This document shows positions 38,256 through 51,692 of a stretch of DNA of 64,000 nucleotides, piece after piece; position 1 is the stretch's first letter; the number at the start of each line of letters is the position of its first letter. The stretch is from the human T2T-CHM13v2.0 reference genome, Homo sapiens. A program made the translations under genes and the position numbers. The notes under the pieces were generated by a model. The model saw only the letters and a list, made by a program, of their open reading frames with translations, was not told the DNA's origin and did no database searches. The stretch is from NCBI RefSeq assembly GCF_009914755.1, contig NC_060933.1; one strand, given 5' to 3'.

Positions 38256-38842
38256 TGAAACTGTCCCAAAGAAAAGTTTATAAACCAATTAAGGGAGAAA
38301 ATAAAATTCAACTAGGCTTGCAGAATAATCAGTGGCAATCATGAAATCCACTTCCCAATTTGGCCTACTTCCTTGTAGCTAGTTACTTCTTACTCCCCCA
38401 AGATAGTGTAGCCCTTGTCACAAGAATGTGTTCCTTTTCTTTTCTATAGATAAGATCTAAGGCACATGAGATGATACGCTTTCTGTTTGAGTTTCTCCTT
38501 TATGTTACGCATACTGATAAAATTGTTGACGCCAGTTGATCTGAAGGTCCCAGCAAGGAGCCGACTCACAGAAGAATGCAGTTTTCACATCGTGATGATT
38601 TAATCTTCCTTGACCTGAGCAATTGACAACCCCAATTCTCCAGAACCTCACCCGCCACAATCCCCTTAAAAACCCTGGTCCAGAACCCCTCAAGCAGACA
38701 GATTTGAAGCTTGAGGATTCCTTCATCTCTTTGCCCAATGGCATTGTGATTATTAAACTCTTTTTCTGCTGCAAATTATGATGTCTCAGTGTATTGGTCT
38801 ATTGCTGCTCAGTGGGCATATGAATCTGGCAGTCCTGTAACA
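38256..38842 (+). mobile_element. ERV1-class solo LTR (subfamily not assigned)
   Basis: TG...CA ends (tgaaactgtccc...cctgtaaca); ccccttaaaaaccc TATA region; attaaactctttttctgctgcaa poly-A region. Confidence 0.7.
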
Positions 38843-39176
38843 GGGACAAAAGATAAACTACTGGCAAAACACTCGTAAAAGTCATAACCTAAGACATAGG
38901 CCCACTGAAAGGCGGATATTCAATCAGAGCACTATAGAACATATTTCTCTGCTCATACCATAAAATTTAAACCAACATGACTCCAATATAAGGAGACAGA
39001 CAAAAGAGCTATAAGAAACAGACACTGTTTGAAGATGAGTACTTAAGGAAACCTAAAGTTAAGGGAGGAGACAAAAACAAGGACACTAGAGGAATTTGAA
39101 ACCTTCAGAAACTTGAGCTATAACAAATATTAAATGCAGTTCAACTCCAAGACAGATTAACATATATCCTCAATTA

Positions 39177-39224
39177 ACTTTATCTCAGTATCAATTTATC
39201 TCAGCATCAATTTATCTCAATATC
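39177..39224. repeat. 16-bp tandem repeat x3
   Basis: actttatctcagtatc / aatttatctcagcatc / aatttatctcaatatc. Confidence 0.9.
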
Positions 39225-40430
39225 TATTATGGATACCACATGTCTGGCTCTCAACAATGGCAACAAAATTACAAAACATGGTAAAAGGCAAGAAAAAAAT
39301 TAACAATCTGAAGAGACAGGATGATCATCAGAACAAGACTCAGTGATGATGATGCATATTTTGGAAATAGCAATCAAGAAATTTACATAACTATGATTAA
39401 GATGTTAAGGACACTAGTGGAAAATGTAGAAAATATTCAATAAAAGATGATTAGTATAAGCAGAGAGATGAAAATTCTAACAAAGAACCAAAATAAAAGG
39501 CTAGAAATTAAAATAACGCCAATAGATTTTTTTAAAATGCTTTCAATGGTTTCATTAGTAGACCAGACATGTTTGGGGAAAGAATTGGTGAAACTAAAGA
39601 TAGGTCAAAAATACATTTTAAAACAAAGTGCCAAGAAAAAATAAACGGAAAAAAAAAAGTGAAGGACATCAAGGACCCGCTGGGCAGTTTCTAAAGTTGT
39701 ACAAAATGGGAAACTGGAATAGCAGAAAGACGAGAAAGAGAGAAATGAGGAGAATCTATCTAAATGAGTAATGGTCAAGAAATTTTAAAGCATAATGACA
39801 TGAAACAAACAACCGGTTCAGGAAGCTCAGAGAATACAATTCATGACAAACAACAAAAATACAGCACCAGACATAGCATTTCCTATATGTAGAATAAAAG
39901 AAAATAAAATAAATCAATAAATAGACAAAGAGAAAATCTTGACAGAATCTGGAATGAAAACTACATTCCTTGTAGAGAAAAAAGAGCAAGGATTTCAGCC
40001 CACTTCCAGTAAGAAACCAGGCAAGAAAGAAGAGAGTTGCGGGAAATGTTAAGGAATAAATGCACCAACTTAGAATTCTACATCTAGCAAAATTATACTT
40101 CAAAAGCAGAGGGGAAATCAGAATTTACCAGACAATAAAACACTAACAGAATATATTGCCAGAAAACTTTCCTGCAAATGTGTTAAAAGAGGTTATTCAT
40201 GGAGGAGAAGAGTGATATAGATCAGAAACCTGTATTTACAATAAGAAAGCAAGTATGTTGAAAAAGGAAAAAAAATGTTTTATTTTTCTTATTGTAAGTC
40301 TTTTTAAACTACATGTTTGTTTAAAGTAATATTAGTAAATGTTTTGGGCAATTACAGCATGTGGGTAAGTGAAATGCCTGATGGTTATGTTACAAAAGAT
40401 ATGAAGGATGAACTGGGACTATTCTATTAA

Positions 40431-41673
40431 CGTGTCCAGAATTGGTGGGTTCTTGGTCTCACTGACTTCAAGAACGAAGCTGCAGACCCTAGTGGTGAGT
40501 GTTACAGTTCTTAAAGATGGTGTGTCCGGAATTTGTTCTTTCTGATGTTCGGACGTGTTCGGAGTTTCTTCCTTCTGGTGGGTTTGTGGTCTTGCTGGCT
40601 TCAGGAGTGAAGCTGCAGACCTTCGCAGTGAGTGTTACAGCTCTTAAGGCAGCACGTCTGGAGTTATTCATTCCTCTCAGTGGGTTCCTGGTCTCACCGG
40701 CCTCAGGAGTGAAGCTGCAGACCTTCCCGGTGGTTGTCACAGCTCATAAAGGCAGTGTGGACCCAAAGAGTGTGCAGCAAGATTTACTGTAAACAGCAAA
40801 AACACAAACCCTCCACACCACGGAAACGGACCCAAGCGGGTTATCACTGTCCCTTGTGGTAGCCTGCTTTTATTCCCTCACCTGACCCCACCCACATCCT
40901 GCTGATTGGTCCATTTTGCAGAGAGCTGATTGGCCTGTTTTGACAGGGTGCTGATTGGTGCGTTTACAAACCTTGAGCTAGACACAGAGTGCTGATTGGC
41001 GCATATACAATCCTCCAGCTAGACACAAAAGTTCTCCAAGACCCCACCTCACTGGGGAGCCCAGCTGGCTTGCCTAGCAGATCCCGCGCTGGGGCCGCTG
41101 GGGGAGCTGCCCGCCAGTCCCACGCCAGGCGCCTGCACTAGTCAGCCCTTGGGTGGTTGATGGGACCAGGCGCCACAAAGCAGGGGGCAGTGCCGTTGGG
41201 GAGACTCCCGCCGGCCGCTGGGGAGCCCACGGGGGAAGGCGCGGGCGGGGAAAGGCTCGGGCATGGTGGGCTGCAGGTCCCGGGCCCTGCCCCACAGCGA
41301 GGCGGCTGAGGCCTGGCAAGAATTCGAGCCTAGAGCGGGCGGGCTGGCAGTGATGCGGAACTCAGCGCATACTCTGCAGCGGCTGGCCCTGGGTGCTAAG
41401 CCCCTCACTGCCCAGGGTCTGTGGCGCCAGCCTGACCGCTCTGAGTGCAGGGCCGCCCCCGCGTGTGCGGCGCAGCCTCAGTTCCCGCCTGTGCCTCTCC
41501 CTCCACACCTCCCCGCAAGCAGAGGGAGCATGCTCCGGCCTTGGCCAGCCCACAGACGGGCTCCCACAGTGCAGCGGTGGGGCGAAGGGCTCCTCAAGCG
41601 CGGCCAGAGTGGACGTCCAGGCCGAGGAGACACGGAGAGCGAGCAAGGGCTGCCAGCACGCTGTAACTTCTTA
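40431..41673 (-). mobile_element. LTR12 (ERV9) solo LTR with TTAA TSD
   Basis: ERV9 U5 repeats ggagtgaagctgcagaccttc; four CCAAT boxes 40905-40999; GC-rich U3; TSD ttaa at 40427-40430 and 41674-41677. Confidence 0.95.
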
Positions 41674-43799
41674 TTAAGGTACCTGCACTATATGTGAACT
41701 GGTGGAGTGCTATTTGAAGGTGATCTTAGATTAGTAACAAATGTGTATTGGATACTCTGGGGAACCACTAGAATAGTTGAAAAAGAAAGTATGCTTTACA
41801 TGTAATGAGTGACATTAGGTTTGATAATGGATTTTTAGATATAATATTAATACGAAAAGTTCTAGCTATAAAAGAAAAAATGATGTTAGAGTTTGTTAAA
41901 TTTAAAATGGAATTTTCTGCTCTGTGAAAGACTCCAGAGAGTTAAAAGACAAGCCACAAACTAGAAGAAAATATCTGTAAACCATATATCTAATAAAGGA
42001 TTGGTATCTAAACATACAAATAACTCTGAAAACTGAATAATAAGAAAGCAAACAAGCCAATTACAAATGTGCATAGAATCTGAAAAGACACCTCACCCCT
42101 GCCCCCGAAATACCCATGGCAACTGGCATATAAAAATATGCTCAGTATTTTTTTTCTTTAGAGAAACACAAATTAAAACAATTGTGATACTACCACACAT
42201 TAGTTAAAATGGCTTAAATCCATGAACCGAAGTATTACAAATTCTGGTGAAAATGTAGAGCAATAGTAGCTGTTTGCTGAAGGGAATTTTAAAAATGGTA
42301 CTGCACGCTGGAAGACAGATTGGCAGTTTCTTACAAATCTAAATATCGTCTCACCACGCACTTCAGCTATCATTCTTCTAGGTATTTATCCCAATGATGT
42401 GACAATTTATATCACATAAAAATGTGAGTGTTTATCAGAGCTCTTTTTTATAATTATCAAAAATGGACAGCAACCTACATGGCCTTAAACCTTAAGTAAG
42501 TGAATTGATATACTGGTACATCCAGAAAAAAGAAATAAATATAAATCTACAGGAATAAATACATGAATATTCAATATTTATTGCTCTGTGAAAGAAATTG
42601 GTCAGCAAATGCCTCGTATTATATATTGCTAAATATATGACATGGTAGAAAAGGCAAAACAATATAGTATAAAAGATTAGTGCTTCCAGAGGTGAGGGGA
42701 GAGGAAGTAGGGTTAAATATGTGAAACATGAAAACAAATTTTTTACTGTACTGAAACTGTTTTATATGATATTGTAATGGTGGACATAACATTATGCATT
42801 TCTCAAAATCCGTAAGAGTTTTTGAGCTTGAGGAGGAAACATTAATTTATATAACTTTAAAAAAAAAACTATCCTTTAGGAAGTAGAGGGATTGCAAGAT
42901 GGAATGCAGAGTGTGACAAAATATTATAACTGTATTGAAAATATATGAAACAACCTCACTGAGATGGGTGGGAAAAAATGCGTTGAAATAAGTAATTTCA
43001 GAAATGAGAGGAGACTGTAAAATTAAAGGTGAAAGGAAGTGTATACAAGCACAGTGCTCCAGTTAATAAAGTTGTTTCTCATGGAAGTATGGTGTAACGT
43101 TTCTGACATCACCGTATATGTACACTGTGAATGAACAATTAAGAAAGTGAGTGATGAATGGTGGCCGGGAACAAGTAGAGGGTTATTCTTGATATTCTCC
43201 TCAAATTTCTTTAATTAATTAGTAAATGAATTAGCAAGTCCCTAATGGCCTTTAGAGTCTGCTGAAGGAGATGAATAAACAGCTGACTATTAATATAGCA
43301 TAATATAATATAGTGTTTAATATAAACAAAGGGCTATGTGAGTGTGGACCAAGAGACTATTATTTTCACCTTTTATCTAAAACCTTGAAAAAGTTGGCAC
43401 TTCTACCTTACCTTAGATAGTAAGCAAAAGTTAGATAAGTTGAAATGACACATTTTTCATGCAGAAAATATTACACACGAAGACATGGAGGTTCAAAATT
43501 TCCAGGTTATGGGGAAATTGCAGGATGCTGAAAAATGCAGGTTGCTGAAAGGAATGCAGTATGATGCAAGATATTTGATGTTGGGCAAAAATAATTTTAA
43601 CTTCTATTATACAGTCTGTAGAGAATGGGCAACATTGAGGGGTAACAGAAGCCTTTGTTACCCCATCTTTGAAAAATAAATAATAATAATTATCCCATTT
43701 AGATATTAAAGATTAAATAGGTTAGTGAATTCAAAGTATGCCATATAAATTCTGGCAAATAATATGTTCAAAATAAATTGTAACTTTGATTATTAAAAC

Positions 43800-43957
43800 A
43801 TGTATACACACACGTACATATATATGTATGTGTATATGTATGTGTATGTGTGTGTGTATAACAGAATTAATTGTATATCATAGTTGAAGTAAAAGAATGG
43901 GAAGAAAAAATACTTTAATGGGCCTCCAAATAGGACAAGACTATATACATATAGTCT

Positions 43958-44005
<48 letters not shown>

Positions 44006-44040
44006 TCTAAATAAAATGTATCAATACACACACACACATA
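43800..44040. repeat. (TA)n/(CA)n/(TG)n simple-repeat cluster
   Basis: Direct reading. Confidence 0.9.
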
Positions 44041-44634
44041 TTCTCAGTACATGGGGATAATCAGAAAGATGGCTACAAAAATACAACCCTCTTAGTTTTA
44101 TATAACCCTTTATAAATATATAAAATTAAGAGAAGAAAGAATGCCTTCTGAAGCACTGTAAACTAACCTAAGGGGGGTAAAGTCAGAGGATTTTACTATG
44201 TTGGAACTGAATTTATTAACATAGCTATAGAAAGAGTCTGTCAATGAAAGGAGAATTAGTTGCCTATGGAAACTGAGCTACAGATGAATCTTTAAGGCAT
44301 AAATCTCTTTTCCACCTAAGTGGAAGTCCAATTCCTGAGGCAGGAAGTCTGGGCAAGTGAAATTGCCAGTTAAGTTGGTAAGCCTTCCTACAATAAAAAT
44401 AAATGCATGTGCACATTTATATTAGCTTGATGGTGTTAAATATTCTAATCATTGAACTTTATTTTTCTGATCTAATACATACCCAGCTATCATGTGACTA
44501 CATTTTGTTTTCCCATACAGATGTGCGTTTGGGTGGAAAGTATGTACTGTTTATGCTGAAGTAAGAATTTTATTTTATATAACATAGTTCTTGTTATAAA
44601 TTAATAAACTAACATTCTGATTGTTTATAGTCAT

Positions 44635-45094
44635 TGTGTGTTGAATCGGGTCTCCAAAATGAAATACTAATCCCAATACTTGTGAATGTGACCTTATTTG
44701 GAAATAGGTTATTGCAGATGTTATTTTGAAACAGGGTCATATTGAAATGGGATGGGCCCTAATTCAATGACTGGTTTCTTTATAAAGAAAGAAAATATGG
44801 ACACAGAGAGACAAAAAGAAATATAAGGAAGAAGGCCATGTAATGACAGAGGCAGACAGTGGGGTGATGCATGCACAAGTCAAGGAACACCAAAAATTGC
44901 TGGCAACCACCAGAAACTAGAAGACACACGTGGAACGGACTTTAAGTCAGAACTTTTCAGAAGGAACCAATTTGCCAACACCTTGATTTCAGGCTTCTAG
45001 CTTACAGAGCTGTGAGACAACAAATGTTTTTTTTTTTTTTTTAAGCCACCTATATTGTGATACTTTGTTATGGCAGCCCTAGAAAGCTAATACA
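44635..45094 (+). mobile_element. MLT1 (MaLR) LTR
   Basis: tgtgaatgtgaccttatttggaaatagg...tactttgttatggcagccctagaaagctaataca. Confidence 0.85.
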
Positions 45095-45480
45095 ATAGTC
45101 AAAAGGATATAAATTATCTCCCTGTAGCCTAAAACTTTAAAATAATTTTTTTTTTCCCAGAGGCCTTTTCTTTCATTTGTTGGTTTTAGTTTCTATACAA
45201 TAGATCAAACATCTTCACTAATAGTTTTCTTAGACATTATTTTTGGAAACATTTTTAAAGGACTCATGGAAATCTATAATCTATGCTGATTGACTACTTC
45301 CATGTAAAGAATTTGATATTTTTCATAGTTACTACTGGCTGTTACTGTGCTATTCCTAATTGTCTTGAATGTTGCATATGTAGCATGAAATCCCAATTTT
45401 TATTGAAGTACGATATATATATATATAACTCTTCTATGGTTGTCTTCAAGCTGGAGCCTATTTGTTAGCACTGCAGGGCA

Positions 45481-45483
<3 letters not shown>

Positions 45484-45527
<44 letters not shown>
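45484..45527. repeat. (TG)n microsatellite
   Basis: Direct reading. Confidence 0.95.
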
Positions 45528-45528
<1 letters not shown>

Positions 45529-46718
45529 TAGAAGCTACTATATGAGAAATGTGGAGATACGCCTTTAGTTCAATTCTTTAGCTGCTAACTAATTTAGAGT
45601 TCTTACTGTTGTTTTAGTCAGGAAATAATGAAATATATCATCAATAAAAAGTTAAAGGAACAAGATGAATCAGTCCAATGGGAGAATCTAAATCTTCCCA
45701 GGGATCTGTCCAAATCCATAAAAAGAGTACCATTTGATAGGTAACAGCAGGGGATTAAAGACTGAAGCAGTTTGCTGCAGGCTATGAATGACCTGATCCC
45801 TTAATCCATCTGTCTTTTTATATGAGAATGTTATGCTAATTAGCTGAGTAAATTGTTTCCTGATGATATTAATTTTGTGCCTTTCTGTTATTCTAGGCTT
45901 TGACTTTCACTGTGATAAAAATATACGAAGGGGCATTTTCAATTTAGATGGTTCCTATCCTGATAAATTCCAACACAGCAATGTTGTGGGGGAAACATGT
46001 ATAAATAGCAAACTTAATCAATCCCGAGGATAGACATAGATGACTTTAGCTTCCTATATAATCATTCCCTTTAGCTTCTAAAGCATTACATTAACACACT
46101 TGAAATGTTAAAACATAATTCAAGGAGAATTTTAGGAAATGCAATTTTCATTGCCCCATTTTCTTTGGAGAAAATCAAGACTTGAATTCATTAACATGGA
46201 GGAAGTAATGGAACAGATAGTCGTGATGTGAAATCCTGCAGGTGTTGTGTTCTGATAATGCATATCCTTTACAAGTTTGGGTAAATTATTTGCTTTGCAT
46301 ATAAATTAACTCCAAAGCTGAATCAACATTAGAATAATAAAAATGTAGAGAATATTTTTATTCCAAGGAAGCAAAGATTTATAGCAAAATATATCCAAAT
46401 CCTAGATGTAATTTCAGGAGGATAGATTTAAAAATATTTATCATACTCCAAAAAGAAAAAGGAGAAAGAAAAAAGGAAAAATACATACAATTGAGAGAAA
46501 GGAGGAATGGTTTTGGAAAATACAATATTATGTTATTATTGTTACATTAGGGAGAAAATAATTGAGAATCGATACATTTGTTTTTCAGTATAAAAACAAA
46601 AAGATGGCACTTATTTAACAATTCTTAAGTGATGTCTTCTGAGCTCCACTTTATTGGGTATGTATTGTTCCTAAGCTAAAATCTAATTTCAAAATATTAC
46701 GTATTACAGGTGTAGTGT

Positions 46719-47127
46719 TGTCTTGGTCTGTGTTGTGTTGCTGTAACAACACCTGAGACTGGGTAATTTATAAAGAAAAAAAGGTTTATTTAGCTTATGG
46801 TTCTGGTGGCTGGAAAGTCCAAGACTATGGCATTGGCATCTGTTGAGCTTCTGATGAGAGCCACATGCTATGTCACAGCAAGGCAGAGAAACAAAATGGA
46901 AATCAGGCAAATCATTGCTTTATAAAAGAGGCAACTTTCTTTAGAATGACCGGCTCTTATGAGAACTAATCCATTATCATGAAAAATAACCCAGTTTCAC
47001 CAGAAAGTTATTAATTTGTCTTAATGACCTAATCACCTCTTCAAAGAACGATCTCCTAACACCTTACATGGGAAATTAAATTTTGACATGAATTTTGGAG
47101 AGAATAACCCATGTCCAAACTATAGCA
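46719..47127 (-). mobile_element. MST-family MaLR LTR
   Basis: cctgagactgggtaatttataaagaaaa...ggctggaaagtccaag...ccaaactatagca. Confidence 0.85.
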
Positions 47128-50100
47128 AGGGTAAAGACCCCAAATTTACTTAGACATGGGGATTAATAATCATGTGTCATTGCCAATAAACGTTTTCTTT
47201 CTTTTGCACTTCCAAAGAATTTTTTCACCACCTATTTTCCTCTATGTTTTTCTTTCTCTAGTATTTCTTTCTCTAAAAATTTGTGCTTGTGTAAATAATT
47301 TGCAAATGCAACTTTTTTCTTCTTTGAAATGATAGCTAAATTCAAATTACTTTTATCTTATTCAAAATTCAGAGAAAAATTCAGAAGTGACCTATTAGAT
47401 GTTTGAGAATGTGCTATACTACATCAGGTGCACAAGTTCCTGTGAATAAGAAGCAAAAAAGCTAGCACTTTCCCTACTTCTGTTTTTAAAGAATAAGCTT
47501 ATCAATGGATATTGAGGAAAAAAACTACTGGTAATATTTAAATGGTAAAATGGGTATGGTAAAATAATATTACGAGCATTTTTTCAAGTAATACATTTTG
47601 AACTTTAAGTTTTCTTCTGTTAATTTTATCTGTTTATAGGAGTAATCCTGTTTTGTTCACTTCAGTATATTCACTATTCCTTTCCCTTACAGTCAAGCAT
47701 TGGACATGGCCTTGATATTGCTGGTGATTACCCATAGGGCTCAATGTTCATCTTTTGTTTCTAAATTCCAAAAGCAAAGTTGATTCTAAAGGATGATAAT
47801 AATCATTAATAATTCATAGAATACCCACCTCCAAAACAGAATCAGGAATGCTATAGACAATAATAAGCACACATTAAACCAACTGGGCACTGTGCCCAGA
47901 AAATCAGCCAAGTACACACAATAGGCAAGAAAAGAGCTTGTATGTGTGTAAGGAGAAATAAGAAAGGGAAAGCAACGCATAAAAGGCTTCCAAACAGAAC
48001 AACCAGGGAGTCAACAGATTTTCAAACTTTCACAGAAACCAGAAATATTTTGAAGTCATTTCTGCTGGGTCTACTAACTGTCTTACAATGTAAGATAGCC
48101 ATGAACCCCAATGGAAGAAGTAGAAGCAAATTGAGTATATTCTAAAAAATTCAAAATTTGTAGGCATATTAAGTTTTAGGTTTTACAAGCTTACAAGTGG
48201 TGAATTACAAGACCACAATATAGGTGTAGGTTTATGGGCTTTTTTATTTGTGATGATGACTTAAACCAACCTTCTTTTTTCTATATGATTTGTTGAAATT
48301 AAAGCACTGTACATGTGATTATGACAAGGAACAAGGAGTCTCATGTATATGTTTTCTTATATTATAAAACAGCACCTGAACTTTTTCATGTCAGATCTCT
48401 GCTGGCAAATTAAAGGAGGAAAATACCCCCATGAACTGAAGAAACCTATGGAAGTTAGCTTATTGAAATGCTGCCAGAGGCTTCATTTAGAGGGGTTTTT
48501 ATAGGTAGTAGGTCTAAAGGATACTAGCAAACAAAAAATGCTAACAACATTTTTTTTCCCAAGGGAGAAGTACCCCACCAAATTTATTCCATGTAGGCCT
48601 GAGGGTTGGATACTAATTTACTTACCATGTATTTATTATAAAACACTACTTAGGCAGGTGTGACCAAGCTATAATTGGCAAGAAACCAGGGATGTACATT
48701 TGCTTTTGTTATTATAGCTAAACTAGAAGAAGACTAAATCCTTTAATAGGAATAAAAAGTTAACACAATGATTTAATTTAGTTCTACTTAGTATAGATAA
48801 CATTTGGTAGAGCTTCAGGAACTTACTATATATTTTAGCCCTTAATTTGTAATGAAAGCATTGACAGTATAAATCTTGGGATAAACTAGGTAAATAAATT
48901 ACTTTTTTTGAATATGAATGTTCTTTTTTATTTATCCTGGAGTCATATTCAGTGAAGTGAGAAATGCATTTTGTTAAACTGACACCTAGATTTCAGGGAG
49001 AATATACTCAAATGATAAAATATTTATATCAAGAAAATAACTTTTACTCCATGACATTATATTATTTATCAGATATGAGTGTCATTAAAATTCATTTTCA
49101 AACTGTGTAAAAGAGAATGATTCCTATGCCAATGTTTTCTTACAGTGTGAAATCTTATATTGATAAAAGTACAATATTTATATATGAAATTTTGGAAAGC
49201 TTTGAGCATAAAGTTCTCAGTCACATCATAACATTTTCTCTGACAGTGTGTGTGTCTTAGGGTAGGGAAAGAGAGTGGTTGAATGTCCATATCTTACTAA
49301 CTAAGATGGTATGCCCACTGTCTTAACAATTTACTTCCTGTATTGACTCGACTAATTAGGCTGCCATAACTTTATTTCTTAATTGTTAATATGTTGGGGA
49401 AATTATCAATAAGTATAGAAAATGACAAAGTTATTGTTTCTGAAAAACTATGAAAAAGAGGATAGCCTTACTTATGCAGAGCCTATTAAAAAGAGAGTAC
49501 TTTTTCTTCTTAAAATGCATAGCTTGACCAGCTCCATTTAACACTGTTTTTTAAAAGACGTGTTAATATCCTAATGGTATAAATGAATTCAGTCATGACT
49601 AGTTGAGTCAAAGAGATTTAAAAATTATTTGAACTGTTTTATCAAATTTCTAGCTCATTGTTTAGTGCTAGATATTCACAAAACAAATAGTTAAGTTCCT
49701 AAGATTATTGTTGCAAACTGTGGGAACTAAAAGTCTTTAATTACATTACTTTGAAAGCAAAAAGTGATTTCCATGCAAAATATTTTAAAGGATTTCTACC
49801 CAATGTCAAATTTTCTCATCTATTCATTTAATAAGAATTGATTAAATATCTGTTGTGTCTTAAAAATCAATGACGAATAACATCCTAAACTTCAGCAAGC
49901 ATATGGTTGAACACTAAATAAAGAACAAAAACCAAGGTAATTACAGTAGAGTGTTTCAGTGATATATTACCACCAAGAACAGAGAGCTATAAAAATCACT
50001 GGAAGAACAACTAACTGAATCTTTGGGGAGTGAAGAAAAGCTTTCTTTGGAAAATAACCTCTAATCTCATATCTAAAGGACCAGTAGGAGTTATCCATAA

Positions 50101-50547
50101 AAAGGAGAAAGAAAATTCCAGGTAGTTGAAATGGCTTGCTGAATTGCAAGGGCACAGATTACTAAAATGTTTAGTAATACTCATGGTAATTTTGTTTATA
50201 TTTTTGAAACAGATATCATGTAGTCAACACAATAGGTCAAATCAGGACCTTTGGTACACATAACCCTTTTTCTGTAAGGTGTTGATAGGTATCATTTGAA
50301 TAAAATTGGTGATATTTAGTGTTTATTGGTGTTTGGGAAAAACATGTGCTTCCTAAAATTTTAGCATATTTTCCTATATGATTTCTCATTAATAAATTAA
50401 TGCACAAAGCAAATATCCAGGAGGTGTTAATAGTAAGCAGTAATTTCCAAAATTGCATGACCAAGAAACTTTTTACTCATAGAATAACTGAAATACTTTT
50501 CTCAGGAATATACTTTGAGAAATATTGCTTAAATACATGTGGAAAAA

Positions 50548-50634
50548 AAGTGTTCTAAATCCAAGTTCTTTATGATGGAGATTACTGAATCCAAGTGTTC
50601 TAAATCCAAGTTCTTTATGGTGGAGATTACTGAA
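50548..50634. repeat. Tandem duplication, period 45 bp
   Basis: aagtgttctaaatccaagttctttatg(a/g)tggagattactgaa twice, joined by tcc. Confidence 0.95.
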
Positions 50635-50669
50635 AAAGTATGGGAGAAAATTATACATTTTGATAGAAA

Positions 50670-51083
50670 ATCGTAAGAGTTGAATGGTGTTTGCCCAAAA
50701 GGTTTGTCCACCCAGAATCTCACAGTCTGACCTCAATCGTAATAAGCATCTTTGAAGATGTAATAAGGTAATAAAGTGTGCTCATCCTCTATTACAATAA
50801 ATTCTAAATCTAATGAGTGTCCTTATAAGAGATAGAATAACAGAAAGACACAGAAAAAGCGGGGAGGCATGTGAAGACAGAGTCAGAGAGACTGGAAAGA
50901 CAAAAACCGCTAAGAATTGCTGACAGCATGGAATGGGTTTTTTCTGGGTCTCCAGTGGAAACCAATACTGCCAACACATTCATTTGTCTTCTGGCCTCCA
51001 GACCTGTGAGAGAATCAATTTCTGTTGCTTTAAGTCATCAAGTTTGTTGTAATTTGTTATGACAACCCTGGAAACCTAATACA
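50670..51083 (+). mobile_element. MLT1 (MaLR) LTR
   Basis: ttctggcctccagacctgtgagagaatcaatttctgttgctttaag...aacctaataca. Confidence 0.8.
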
Positions 51084-51129
51084 ACAATGTGATGCTTTAG
51101 AACCAGTTGTGTTCGAACAAATTTAAGCC

Positions 51130-51692
51130 TTAACTCATATTCTTACCAAACAGTCCCCAATGAATTATGGATGTCCTTTGATTTCATGTCCTTGCATTAT
51201 CCTCCCAACCAGACAATAGATTAGCCTTGTGAATTAGTTGAGCCATGAGAATGCAGCTAAAGAGACACTGTATAAGTTTCAGTCCTAGGCTTAAGGAAGC
51301 TTTATAGCTTTTGTTTACTCTGTCTTTTACCTTGAGCCACTGTGCAAAGATGTCTAGGTTAGCGTCCTTGTGGATGAGACACCTTATGATGAAAAAGACC
51401 AGGAGGAATGAAAGACTGGGAAGATAGAGAGGAAGACCCAGTTAGTTTCTAGTCATTCCAGCACAACATATGAATGGGGCCAGCTAGGATCCTCCAGTCC
51501 CTATGGAGCTGCCTCTAAATACAAACATATTAAATAGTCCAGCAGAAGACACCATCTAGGGAAGAGATGAGCCACCCAGCTGAGTTCAGCCCAGATTGAA
51601 GAATCATGAGCAGGTCCATCTGTGCTACTTAGCTGTTTTAAGCTGCTATGTTTAGACTGGTTTATTATGCAGCAATAGAAAGCTGTAACCAT
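51130..51692 (+). mobile_element. Older MLT1 (H/I/J-type) LTR
   Basis: ccacccagctgagttcagccc...tgttttaagctgctatgttt...ttatgcagcaatag. Confidence 0.65.

Larger units (their letters stand above)
38843..43200 (+). mobile_element. Ancient L1M (ORF1-region and 3' remnants) interrupted by LTR12
   Basis: A-rich degraded L1M: caggaagctcagagaatac, agaattctacatctagcaaaattatacttcaaa, ggaagacagattggcagtttcttacaaa. Confidence 0.7.

Noticed and set aside
40489-41697. Cluster of GC-rich ORFs and regularly spaced repeats (CRISPR-like appearance)
   Set aside because: These are the known internal tandem repeats and GC-rich U3 of LTR12; there are no unique spacers or cas genes and the DNA is eukaryotic
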